Assembly: GCA_048884965.1 (NCBI GenBank) | Contig: JBHLQH010000023.1 | Coordinates: forward strand, 1-50,264 | Origin: Candidatus Thorarchaeota archaeon | GTDB taxonomy: Archaea; Asgardarchaeota; Thorarchaeia; Thorarchaeales; Thorarchaeaceae | Direction of reading: 5' to 3' | DNA: 50,264 bases | Part shown: one piece after another, positions 27,649 to 36,102 of the stretch | Numbering within the stretch: position 1 is the stretch's first letter | Layout: each line of letters opens with the position of its first letter | Translations under genes and position numbers: made by a program | Notes under the pieces: model-generated | What the model was told of the DNA's origin: nothing | Seen by the model: the letters and a program-made list of their open reading frames with translations, nothing else | Databases searched by the model: none

Positions 27649-28917
27649 ATGGCGAATGATCGTGGATATAGTTTCTCTAGTTGGACATCGTTCATTGAGG
27701 AGTCACAGATTCGTGCTTTACTGAAGTACACTGTGAAGTACTACTATGCTGGAGGCAAACCTGGGATTATCCCTACAGATACCTTCGCGAAGATCATGCA
27801 GGAGCTTGGCGCAAGATATCTTGAGGACCCAAAGCTTGCTCTCGATGACTTCAACTATGGTCCTACTGGAGGACATTCTTGGTTTTTGAAAACCATTGCA
27901 AAGCGAATGTGCGATGTCAGGAAGATTCCTATCAATTGTGAAGCTGATTGGGAAAACGTGTCAATCACGAATGGGTCTCAACAAGCAATCTATGCTCTTC
28001 TTGATACTCTTATTGATCCTGGCGACATCATCATCACACCCTCTCCAGCATACCTCGGCTTTCTGGTACCTGCAGTCAAGCTTGGCGCTAGAGTGATTAC
28101 AGTGCCTACAGACTTAGAAGGTATCATACCAGAATATGTGGAGAAGGCTGTCTATGTTTCAAAGATGAAGTTCGGAAAGATCCCCGATCTTGTCTACGTC
28201 GTTCCGGACTCGGATAATCCAAAGGGAACTACACTTTCACAGAAGCGAAGACAAGCGCTGTTCGATATCTGCGAAAGTCATAATATTCTCCTGATTGAGG
28301 ACTCTGCATATGCAGAGATTCAATTCAAGAAGAATCCGAAACCAATCAAGGCATTGGACAAGGAGAATAAACGAGTAGCATATCTTGGGACCACAAGCAA
28401 AGAAGCTGCGGTGCTTCGTGTAGGATATTCGATACTGCCCCCCAATGTCCGAGATCAAGTTCTCAAAGATAAGGGGTACCTTGATCTGTGTACGTCAACC
28501 CTTGTACAAAGGATCCTTGATGAGTACTACAAGAACTATATTGACGCTGCTATGAAGCATGCGATACCACTCTATCAGAAGCGATATGAGGCTATGGCAA
28601 AAGCAATGGATGCTTCATTCCCCGCAGGGGACCGAACGGATCCCACTGGTGGCTTCTTCATTTGGTGGCAGAGTGAGAATCCGGAATTCAACAGCAAGAA
28701 GTTCATGGAAGAAGTGGCTATTCCAAACGACATCTTGTATGTGCCGGGTGGCCCATTCTATCCTATCACTGGATACACCCTTACAGAGAACGGAAATGAC
28801 TTGAAACCAAGCAAGCCCGAACCAAATACTATGCGACTCGGGTTCTCCTACGCAGAACCAGACATCATAGCTGAAGGTATCGAGCGATTAGGCAAGCTAC
28901 TCTCCGAGCACGTATAG
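27649..28917 (+). CDS. PLP-dependent aminotransferase class I/II (LysN/MocR-type catalytic domain)
   Basis: YGPTGG, ITNGSQQA, P.Y, NPKG, EDSAY, TTSK (PLP Lys), LRVGY, GGFFIW, MRLGFS. Confidence 0.9.
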   Translation: MANDRGYSFSSWTSFIEESQIRALLKYTVKYYYAGGKPGIIPTDTFAKIMQELGARYLEDPKLALDDFNYGPTGGHSWFLKTIAKRMCDVRKIPINCEADWENVSITNGSQQAIYALLDTLIDPGDIIITPSPAYLGFLVPAVKLGARVITVPTDLEGIIPEYVEKAVYVSKMKFGKIPDLVYVVPDSDNPKGTTLSQKRRQALFDICESHNILLIEDSAYAEIQFKKNPKPIKALDKENKRVAYLGTTSKEAAVLRVGYSILPPNVRDQVLKDKGYLDLCTSTLVQRILDEYYKNYIDAAMKHAIPLYQKRYEAMAKAMDASFPAGDRTDPTGGFFIWWQSENPEFNSKKFMEEVAIPNDILYVPGGPFYPITGYTLTENGNDLKPSKPEPNTMRLGFSYAEPDIIAEGIERLGKLLSEHV

Positions 28918-28920
28918 ATA

Positions 28921-28965
28921 TTGTGAAGAGACCTCGACGCATCAAGTCGAGGTCTTCTCACACAA
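28921..28965. terminator. Hairpin between convergent aminotransferase and bshC (putative bidirectional terminator)
   Basis: AGACCTCGAC-gcatcaa-GTCGAGGTCT perfect 10-bp stem (28929-28955), with an outer TTGTG/CACAA pair. Confidence 0.6.
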
Positions 28966-30667
28966 CGAAATTAACAAAATATGTTGCACCATGTTTCATG
29001 CCCATTACATACGCTCGCTGATAGGGTCCAAAGAGGTCTGCAAAACCCGTGTTGATAGCCCAATCTATCCAGACCCAAGAGGACTCTTGGGACATCTTCC
29101 CTTCCGCATATTGCCCATAGACCCAGCTAAGATATCTCTCAAGATCCACCTTCTCCTGTAGATTATCTTCTGAAGGATCTGTTTCTATCCTTGTTGTTAG
29201 TTGTTTTAGAGATGCATTCAGACTTCCATGGGTATCCTTGATTATCGAAGCAAGCTGGTGAAGTTGCTCATTCATATCGTCGATTCGGTCCTTGCCTCTA
29301 AATCTTGATACCTTTCCTAAAGGTTTGAACATCTCACCGTTATGGAGTACAGGATGCTCTTTTTCTTTCAGTTCTTTTGCCAAACTCTCATTCCATGGAG
29401 TATTGTAGTATATCCGTGGATATTTCACATAGAGCGGGAACGGATAATTGAGTTCTTTGGCAACGGGGATGACTTGTGCATAATATGCAGTTTCTCCAGG
29501 TCCTCCCGCGTGTGCTAGGATAGGAAGTGAGGTATCGATAATCATCTGTCTAGTGTCCACTCGAGGTGATAGATCATGACAGACATCAGAGAGGTCAGGT
29601 GCAAATGCATCAACCTCAATCTCAAGAATATCTCCGCAACTGGGACATCTTCCTTGTAGTAGCGCTTGAGTCCCTTTATCAATATACGATAGCTCTGTTC
29701 TGCTTCGGTTACAGGACTCGCTGGTACATTCGTAGTAGAACGGGACATACTCATCACTCCGTGATCCAATGCCGGTTTCATATCCCCTGTTTTGGATCAG
29801 TTCTGTAGCTTGACCATGGATCTCGATGAGCTTCAAGCGATTATCCTTCTGAAGGAGTAGTTCCATTCCAAGAGCCCATAGCTCTCTGATTTCTTTGTCC
29901 GATGCCGGAAGCAGCGGAAGGCCAAGATTTCCTTGGATATTGAAGAGATGTCCAAGGATTCGCGTCGCCCACGCTCCTAGAGTTTTGGTGTTCACAAATG
30001 CGCTGCGGATAATCATCAACGAAGTTTCAAGTCGCTCTTCGAAGAGGAATCTAGTATTGCCTTCAAGGTTCTTGAACATGGGTCTGTAGCCTGATCTGAT
30101 ATCTTCCTCGACTTGCTCGAACCACGAATACTCGGGAAGAGGAATCACACTCACAGGAGAATACTCAAATCCTTCAGGTATGGGAATTGACATAAGAGTC
30201 CCACCAGATCCCATGAGGGGCGTCCTCATGTGAGTTAGCTCATTCTGTACGATGTCATAGTCAGCAATGCAGAAAAAAGGCGAGAGAGGATGCTCCTCAG
30301 TTGAGTTGAAGGATGCGATACGCTCTGCAGTAGCTCCTTTGTTCAAAATGAAAGTTGGCCCTCCAAGGATAGCTGATTGATGAGCAGCCTCTATTGCCCC
30401 GCGATGTAGGTTCTCAATATTCCCTTTGACCTTCGGTGTAAGGGTGCCTAACTCCTTGTTGATTCGTAGAAGTGTTTTCTGTAGCTTTTTCATCCTATCC
30501 GCCGAATGCCATCCTGTCTTCTCATATGCTGCTAGCAGCTTTATCATTCTCTCTGAGTTACCACCGAATGTCTTTGGTGGAGTTCCATACAATCTCTCTG
30601 CTAACTCAACTTCTTCATTCAACCAGATGAAGTCCTCATAGACGGTAGTAATACTTGGTCTGGGCAT
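28958..30667 (-). CDS. bshC: Bacillithiol biosynthesis cysteine-adding enzyme BshC
   Basis: HQSAILGGP.FILNK (cf. GQQ..LF.GP.Y...K), LSPRV..R, LP.LAH.GGPGETAYYAQ, plus a C-terminal coiled coil; lies 6 nt downstream of bshA. Confidence 0.8.
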   Translation of the reverse strand: MPRPSITTVYEDFIWLNEEVELAERLYGTPPKTFGGNSERMIKLLAAYEKTGWHSADRMKKLQKTLLRINKELGTLTPKVKGNIENLHRGAIEAAHQSAILGGPTFILNKGATAERIASFNSTEEHPLSPFFCIADYDIVQNELTHMRTPLMGSGGTLMSIPIPEGFEYSPVSVIPLPEYSWFEQVEEDIRSGYRPMFKNLEGNTRFLFEERLETSLMIIRSAFVNTKTLGAWATRILGHLFNIQGNLGLPLLPASDKEIRELWALGMELLLQKDNRLKLIEIHGQATELIQNRGYETGIGSRSDEYVPFYYECTSESCNRSRTELSYIDKGTQALLQGRCPSCGDILEIEVDAFAPDLSDVCHDLSPRVDTRQMIIDTSLPILAHAGGPGETAYYAQVIPVAKELNYPFPLYVKYPRIYYNTPWNESLAKELKEKEHPVLHNGEMFKPLGKVSRFRGKDRIDDMNEQLHQLASIIKDTHGSLNASLKQLTTRIETDPSEDNLQEKVDLERYLSWVYGQYAEGKMSQESSWVWIDWAINTGFADLFGPYQRAYVMGMKHGATYFVNFVV

Positions 30668-30673
30668 AATGCC

Positions 30674-31840
30674 TCACCTTGATTCCATGACTGATTCGAA
30701 AACCTTCTCATATTGCGATACGATCTTCTCAGCAGAGAAGTTCTCTTCTACCCTCTTTCTCCCTGCAAGAGCATACTTCTTTCTGAGGGTGTCGTCCTCA
30801 AGGAGGTCTATGACAGCCTGTGCGAATTCATCTCCCTCGTATCCCTTCGTAACCTTGCCATCGATGTTTGGCCTGACAAGTTCTGGAATTCCCCCGGCTG
30901 GAGTGGTCACCACTGGTAGTCTGCATGACATAGCTTCAAGCAAGACCAGCGGCATGCCCTCCTCTGTGGAATTCAAGAGGAAGATGTCAGCTGAGCACAT
31001 GATTTGTTGCATATTGGTCTTTATACCGAGGAGATGGATATTGTTGCAGAGATCAAGTTCCTCGATCTTTCGTTCAACCTCGATTCTGGTTGGCCCATCA
31101 CCTGCTATGATTAGTCTAGCTTTTGGATAGTGGTCTATGACGATTCGCATGAGCTCGACTAGTTCCACAACCCTCTTCACTTTCCTGAAGTTGGATGCAT
31201 GTAGAAGGATCTTCTCATCCGGTGAGATTTCTTTGAGTTCGTCCTCATTTCGGAGGGAAACACATCCGCTTTCAACAGTCAATCTGATCCCATCAAGATG
31301 AGAGAATTTGTCGATGTCAATGAAGTTTGGTATGACATGGATCTCCCTTTCGATGCCTAGATCATCATGTGCCCTTCGACGCAGGTAATCAGAAACACAT
31401 GTCACCGCGTCAGCCCTTTCCACAGTATGTTTTACGACAGGCTGGTAAGCTGGGTCTAGTCCAAGTGTATGTACATCTGAGCCATGCAAGGTCACTACAT
31501 ATGGAGTTCCGGTGATCTCCCTTGCCATATAGCCTGCCATCGCATGAGGTATTGCATAATGGGAATGAATCAGGTCTAGCTTGGAGTCCTTGATGACCTT
31601 CACCATCTTGGATGTCAATGCCATTGTGTATGGAGGTCCAACGCTATTGAAGAGGGGATAGTCGAAGCGATCAACAAGATCAACGTAGACACCTCTTGTC
31701 TGTTCCCACATCAAGGAGAAGGGACGCTGATATGTGATGAAATGGATGATATGGTCCCTTGAAGCAAGATGTTGGCCAAGCCTAGTCGCCAGATATCCGG
31801 ATCCACCAACAGTTGGGTATAAGTTCACACCAATTCTCAC
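30674..31840 (-). CDS. bshA: N-acetyl-alpha-D-glucosaminyl L-malate synthase BshA (GT4)
   Basis: YPTVGGSG, HFITY, HSHYAIPHA, TLHGSD and SNFRKVKRV are BshA-specific; EGMPLVLLEAM is the GT4 motif. Confidence 0.9.
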   Translation of the reverse strand: MRIGVNLYPTVGGSGYLATRLGQHLASRDHIIHFITYQRPFSLMWEQTRGVYVDLVDRFDYPLFNSVGPPYTMALTSKMVKVIKDSKLDLIHSHYAIPHAMAGYMAREITGTPYVVTLHGSDVHTLGLDPAYQPVVKHTVERADAVTCVSDYLRRRAHDDLGIEREIHVIPNFIDIDKFSHLDGIRLTVESGCVSLRNEDELKEISPDEKILLHASNFRKVKRVVELVELMRIVIDHYPKARLIIAGDGPTRIEVERKIEELDLCNNIHLLGIKTNMQQIMCSADIFLLNSTEEGMPLVLLEAMSCRLPVVTTPAGGIPELVRPNIDGKVTKGYEGDEFAQAVIDLLEDDTLRKKYALAGRKRVEENFSAEKIVSQYEKVFESVMESR

Positions 31841-31870
31841 GCTTAACGACCTTCCTTTTGGAGATGGTAA

Positions 31871-31890
31871 ATTTCCCCTTTAAGGGAAAT
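31871..31890. promoter_or_regulatory. Inverted repeat in the divergent bshA/bshB promoter region
   Basis: ATTTCCC-ctttaa-GGGAAAT (7-6-7) with a TATA-like centre. Confidence 0.4.
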
Positions 31891-31951
31891 GGTTAGGACA
31901 ACATTCAAAGCTGCCAAACGTTGATTAGAGGCTGATTATCACTAATTGCTT

Positions 31952-32620
31952 ATGCCCAGTGATTTGACTTCTTCTATATTGGTCGTGTGTGCTCATCCAG
32001 ATGATGAGAGCCTAGGTGCTGGAGGCACGATTGCTGCTCATACAGGACATGGGATTCCAGTGGATGTCCTCTGTCTTACAGCCAATGATACACGAAAGTC
32101 TGAGCTGGAAGCAGCCTGCAAAACTCTTGGAGTTAGAGAAGTCTATGTTGGGATAAGAGATGACTTTGCCATTGATATGACCCTTCGAGATGAGGTCATT
32201 AAAGTGATTCTCAAATCCCGACCAACAGTCATAATCACACATTCTACTGATGACTACAATCTGAATCATGTTCAATGCTCGGACCTTGTAAGCCAATCTG
32301 CAGAGTGGGCTTCACATGTCACAATCTATGAGGACGCACACAAGGTAGAACGGATCTATCATATGGAGGTCAATAGCCTTCTATCACGACCTCAGGTGTT
32401 TGTAGACATTACAGATTCCTATGATGTTGCTGTTCAGGCACTAGGCCAGCACAAGTCACAACTGAAGAAAGCTGACTCATTCTACACAAAGTTCTATGAC
32501 GCCCGTACAAGGTTACGTGGTGTACAGGCAGCATGCGCTAGGGCTGAAGCATTCACGATAGAGATTCCGTTTCACGTAGGTCCATTCTATCCACATAATA
32601 GCGTGAAACAGCTCATCTAA
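31952..32620 (+). CDS. bshB: PIG-L-family deacetylase, probable BshB
   Basis: AHPDDE...GGT, RKSE (RxxE), H.SQ and RG...AEAF; divergent from bshA. Confidence 0.8.
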   Translation: MPSDLTSSILVVCAHPDDESLGAGGTIAAHTGHGIPVDVLCLTANDTRKSELEAACKTLGVREVYVGIRDDFAIDMTLRDEVIKVILKSRPTVIITHSTDDYNLNHVQCSDLVSQSAEWASHVTIYEDAHKVERIYHMEVNSLLSRPQVFVDITDSYDVAVQALGQHKSQLKKADSFYTKFYDARTRLRGVQAACARAEAFTIEIPFHVGPFYPHNSVKQLI

Positions 32621-33024
32621 TCACTTGTTTCAGTCGCACCATCGGCCTTTGTCCTTCGTGCTGCGAGGAGTGCCTTGAGCTCTCCCATCATACTCATTCC
32701 ACCACCTGCACCAGCTGGCTTTGGTGATGGAGCCTTGGCGATTGGTGCAGAAGCCATGGCAGGTGCAGCATCTGCTGCCGCTGATGGGCCACCTGATATT
32801 GAGGCTCCAGAGGCAATTCTACTACCTAGCGAATCGATCCTTGAATCCAATGCAGAGACTTGGCCTTCGATTTCTTCAAGCCGCTTCTCAAGCGATCCAA
32901 AGGCGTCAATGAGCTTTCCAGTGATGATACTCACCACTTCTCCAAGCTGTCTTAGCTTCTCTTCGGTGGGATCTTTCAATGCCCATTCGAATTCTTCCAT
33001 AATGAAATCGTCGTCGTCGCCCAT
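32617..33024 (-). CDS. Coiled-coil protein with Pro/Ala linker and basic amphipathic C-terminal helix; candidate WAVE/WASH/VASP-like actin regulator
   Basis: MGDDDDFIMEEFEW...RQL...DAFGSLEKRLEEIEGQVSALDSRIDSL...PSPKPAGAGGGMSMMGELKALLAARR. GAGG lies upstream of the ATG at 33024. The CDS is well supported; the function is inferred. Confidence 0.6.
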   Translation of the reverse strand: MGDDDDFIMEEFEWALKDPTEEKLRQLGEVVSIITGKLIDAFGSLEKRLEEIEGQVSALDSRIDSLGSRIASGASISGGPSAAADAAPAMASAPIAKAPSPKPAGAGGGMSMMGELKALLAARRTKADGATETSD

Positions 33025-33094
33025 CTGATAAGCCTCTGACTCAATCAAAATTTGTGTAAATTCGCTATAAAGATTACCTGCATGACATAATTAT

Positions 33095-34471
33095 CTAATT
33101 TGGTCCAATTACTTCCTCGACTGTCTTCTTGGCGCGTTCTAGGATGCTCTCGACCAATTCCTGTGTGGGCGCCTCGCAGGTTATTCTGATTACAGGCTCA
33201 GTACCTGAGGGTCTCACAAGTACCCAGCCTTCCGAGAGTGAGATGCCTAGACCATCCACTGTTAAGACCTCTTGGACATCTCCCATTGCATCAGGCAACT
33301 TCTCTTGTAGAATCAGCATGACTTCTGCTTTCCTCTCATTGGGAACCTTGAGCTTGTATTTCTTCAATGGATAGATTGGTATCGCCGCAATTAGCTCACC
33401 AAATGACTTGTTGGTCATTGCCATCATTTCCAAGACCTTGCATGCCGCAAGGAAAGGCTCTGGCGCCAAGTGAAATTCTGGAAACACATACACTCCACAG
33501 GCTTCGCCACCATGGGACGCTCCAGTTTCTTTGATTTTCAGTGAGACCTGGATATCGCCTACCGGAGTTCTTTCAGTCCTCCCTCCTGCTCTTGTAACAG
33601 CTTCATCTAGGACCTTTGAGCTATCCACTGTCGTTACTATCGTTTTCGATGGGCTCGACTTCAATGATTCGATGGCGAACAGGGTTATTGTGCGATCCCC
33701 TCTGATCACTTCACCTGTTTCGGTTACGAACACGACACGATCAGCATCTCCGTCATGCGCAATTCCAAGGTCGGCGTTGGTATCCTTGACTAGTTTGATG
33801 AGGTCTCCCAAGGACTCCTCTTCAGGTTCGGATTTTCTTCCTGGGAAGTGACCATCAAGCTGTCCATTGATGGTGATGACCTTGCATCCTAATTGTCGCA
33901 TCAGGTATGGTGTGAGAACACAGGCTGACCCGTTCCCTGGGTCTACGATGACTCGATAGTTCTTCTCTCTGATTCGTTTGGCATCGCATTGGTGCAGAAG
34001 GTTCGAGATATGAATCTCTGCAGCATCTTCCAAGTGTGATATAGTACCTATGCGATCCCAGCTAGCGACCTTGAACTCCTTTGAATAGTAAATCCGCTCG
34101 ATATCTCGTTCCATCTCTGGCGTATAGCCCATGCTATCATGCGCCCAGAACTTCACTCCTGTATACTCTGGAGGATTATGCGAGGCTGTGACCATCAAGC
34201 CAGCAGCCAGACCAAGCTCCTTTGTTATGTACGCCAAAGTGGGTGTGGGGATTATTCCTGCATGTTTGACATGGACTCCAGTTGAGATAATTCCTGCACA
34301 GAGAGCATCCGCGACCATCTGTCCAGTGGTACGTGCGTCTCTGGCAAGAAGCACCATTCCCTCTCCAAGAGACGTTCCAACGGCTTTCCCTAAGTCAAGT
34401 GCCATATCAAGGGTGAATTCATCGCCATACAGCTTCCTTACACCTGTCGTACCAAAGAGCTTGCCCGTCAT
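33095..34471 (-). CDS. glmM: Phosphoglucosamine mutase / phosphomannomutase
   Basis: LFGTTGVR, TASHNPPEY (phospho-Ser), DGDADR, GGE..G, RPSGTEP. Confidence 0.9.
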   Translation of the reverse strand: MTGKLFGTTGVRKLYGDEFTLDMALDLGKAVGTSLGEGMVLLARDARTTGQMVADALCAGIISTGVHVKHAGIIPTPTLAYITKELGLAAGLMVTASHNPPEYTGVKFWAHDSMGYTPEMERDIERIYYSKEFKVASWDRIGTISHLEDAAEIHISNLLHQCDAKRIREKNYRVIVDPGNGSACVLTPYLMRQLGCKVITINGQLDGHFPGRKSEPEEESLGDLIKLVKDTNADLGIAHDGDADRVVFVTETGEVIRGDRTITLFAIESLKSSPSKTIVTTVDSSKVLDEAVTRAGGRTERTPVGDIQVSLKIKETGASHGGEACGVYVFPEFHLAPEPFLAACKVLEMMAMTNKSFGELIAAIPIYPLKKYKLKVPNERKAEVMLILQEKLPDAMGDVQEVLTVDGLGISLSEGWVLVRPSGTEPVIRITCEAPTQELVESILERAKKTVEEVIGPN

Positions 34472-34571
34472 GTTACTCGAACGGAGTGTGTGTCCTCAAC
34501 TAGAAAAAGCTAACTAATGCAGGATATTGCTATATGGGAATGAGCATGCCCCTCTCTGAGGTTTGAGAACC

Positions 34572-35384
34572 ATGCCATACTTCCAATTCAGAGGAGCACA
34601 GATGTTCTATCTCGATCTTGATGAGCGAGAGGACAAATCAAGGGGGCTCAATGTAGTCTTTGTACATGGAGCTGGCTCGTCCCGGATCATCTGGGCTATT
34701 CAACTTGTTCAACTACGAAAAGAGCATCGTGTGATAGCTCTCGACCTGTACGGTCATGGTGAATCCCAGAAGATTGACCACCCGCCGGATGTCCTGTGTG
34801 GCTTTCCCGAGCAGGTCGCAACGCTTGTCGATCATCTTGGACTATCGGACTTCGTCCTTATCGGACACTCGATGGGCGGTGGTGTTGTCATGTCATATGT
34901 CCTGAACGAGTCCTTCAGGCAACCTCGTGCCATCGTGTTGGCTGACACTTCATCCAATCTTGACCTTAGGAAACTGATCTTTGGTATAGTGATTGAAACA
35001 CTTGAGGACCATACTCCCGTAGAGGACTACTCGCAACTGGAGGAAGAATTAGAGAAATATATCCTTCCTGACTATCGCGAGATAGCTGGCTCATTCAATA
35101 GCTCGATACTCAGAGACCTTGACGCTTGTGATGACTTCAATGTCGATGATCGACTTCATGAGATCAAGATTCCAGCTCTCGTCATGGTTGGTGAGGATGA
35201 CGACATCATAAAACCAAAGGTTGCGAAGAAGCTTGCTGATTCCATTGCAAATTCTCAATATGTCGTCATCGCTGGCGGTGATCACGCACCCATGATAGAG
35301 GTCTGGGAGACCTTCAATAAGCATCTCACCGAGTATCTCCAGTGGGTTGAATCCAATACAGATGTGAATGAGTTGACGAAATGA
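34572..35384 (+). CDS. Alpha/beta-fold hydrolase
   Basis: HGAG oxyanion loop, DLYGHGES, GHSMGG nucleophile elbow, GEDD (Asp), GDH (His). Confidence 0.9.
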   Translation: MPYFQFRGAQMFYLDLDEREDKSRGLNVVFVHGAGSSRIIWAIQLVQLRKEHRVIALDLYGHGESQKIDHPPDVLCGFPEQVATLVDHLGLSDFVLIGHSMGGGVVMSYVLNESFRQPRAIVLADTSSNLDLRKLIFGIVIETLEDHTPVEDYSQLEEELEKYILPDYREIAGSFNSSILRDLDACDDFNVDDRLHEIKIPALVMVGEDDDIIKPKVAKKLADSIANSQYVVIAGGDHAPMIEVWETFNKHLTEYLQWVESNTDVNELTK

Positions 35385-35497
35385 GATTGCGTACAAAAAT
35401 ACCAAAATCGCTAAGTCGAACGAAAGCTTATTAGACCCGTAAGACCTTATCGCAACGAGTAACCACTCACCTGCAGCAAAAAAAGAGATGAGACCAC

Positions 35498-36046
35498 ATG
35501 AGTTCAAGCTATGACTTCCTATTCAAGATAGTCGTGTTAGGTGAGGGAGCTGTCGGAAAAACAGCTGTCGTGACCCGATTCTCTCATGGTTTCTTCAGAA
35601 CGGACTACAAGACCACGATCGGTTCCCAGTTCGCTGTGAAGAACATCGATATCACCAGTGAAAGTGGCTCTCGCTATACCGTGAAGTTGCAGATCTGGGA
35701 TGTCGCAGGTCAGTCACGATTCCAAATCCTTCGACCGATGTACTATCGCGGCTCAAGTGGTGGTATACTTGTGTTTGATGTGACTCGACGTCGAACTTTC
35801 ATTGTGCTTGAGGAATGGCTCGATGAGCTTGAGCGCGCAATAGGCAAGAAGATACCTCTGGTTCTCGTTGCGAATAAGACCGACCTTCCCGATCGGGTAG
35901 TTGAACCCGCTGAAGGAAGAGCTTTCGCTGATAAGCATGACATGCCATATCTGGAAAGCTCTGCGAAGACTGGTGAAGGTATTGTCGACATCTTTGAGGA
36001 ACTTGCCCAGATTCTTGTTGAGAAACGATCCACTAGCGAGCAATGA
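35498..36046 (+). CDS. Rab-like small GTPase (Ras superfamily)
   Basis: G1 GEGAVGKT, G2 TIG, G3 WDVAGQ, G4 NKTD, G5 SSAK; RabF-like KLQIW, YYRG and LVFDVT; no C-terminal Cys. Confidence 0.93.
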   Translation: MSSSYDFLFKIVVLGEGAVGKTAVVTRFSHGFFRTDYKTTIGSQFAVKNIDITSESGSRYTVKLQIWDVAGQSRFQILRPMYYRGSSGGILVFDVTRRRTFIVLEEWLDELERAIGKKIPLVLVANKTDLPDRVVEPAEGRAFADKHDMPYLESSAKTGEGIVDIFEELAQILVEKRSTSEQ

Positions 36047-36102
36047 TTCACTGACACGAAACCCTAATTCTTATCTGAGCTAGGCATCTAGCTCTACCTG
36101 TT

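Noticed and set aside
32675-33028. Plus-strand 117-aa Pro/Ala/Ser-rich ORF
   Set aside because: Antisense shadow of the minus-strand coiled-coil gene, which has an SD and a coherent domain structure.
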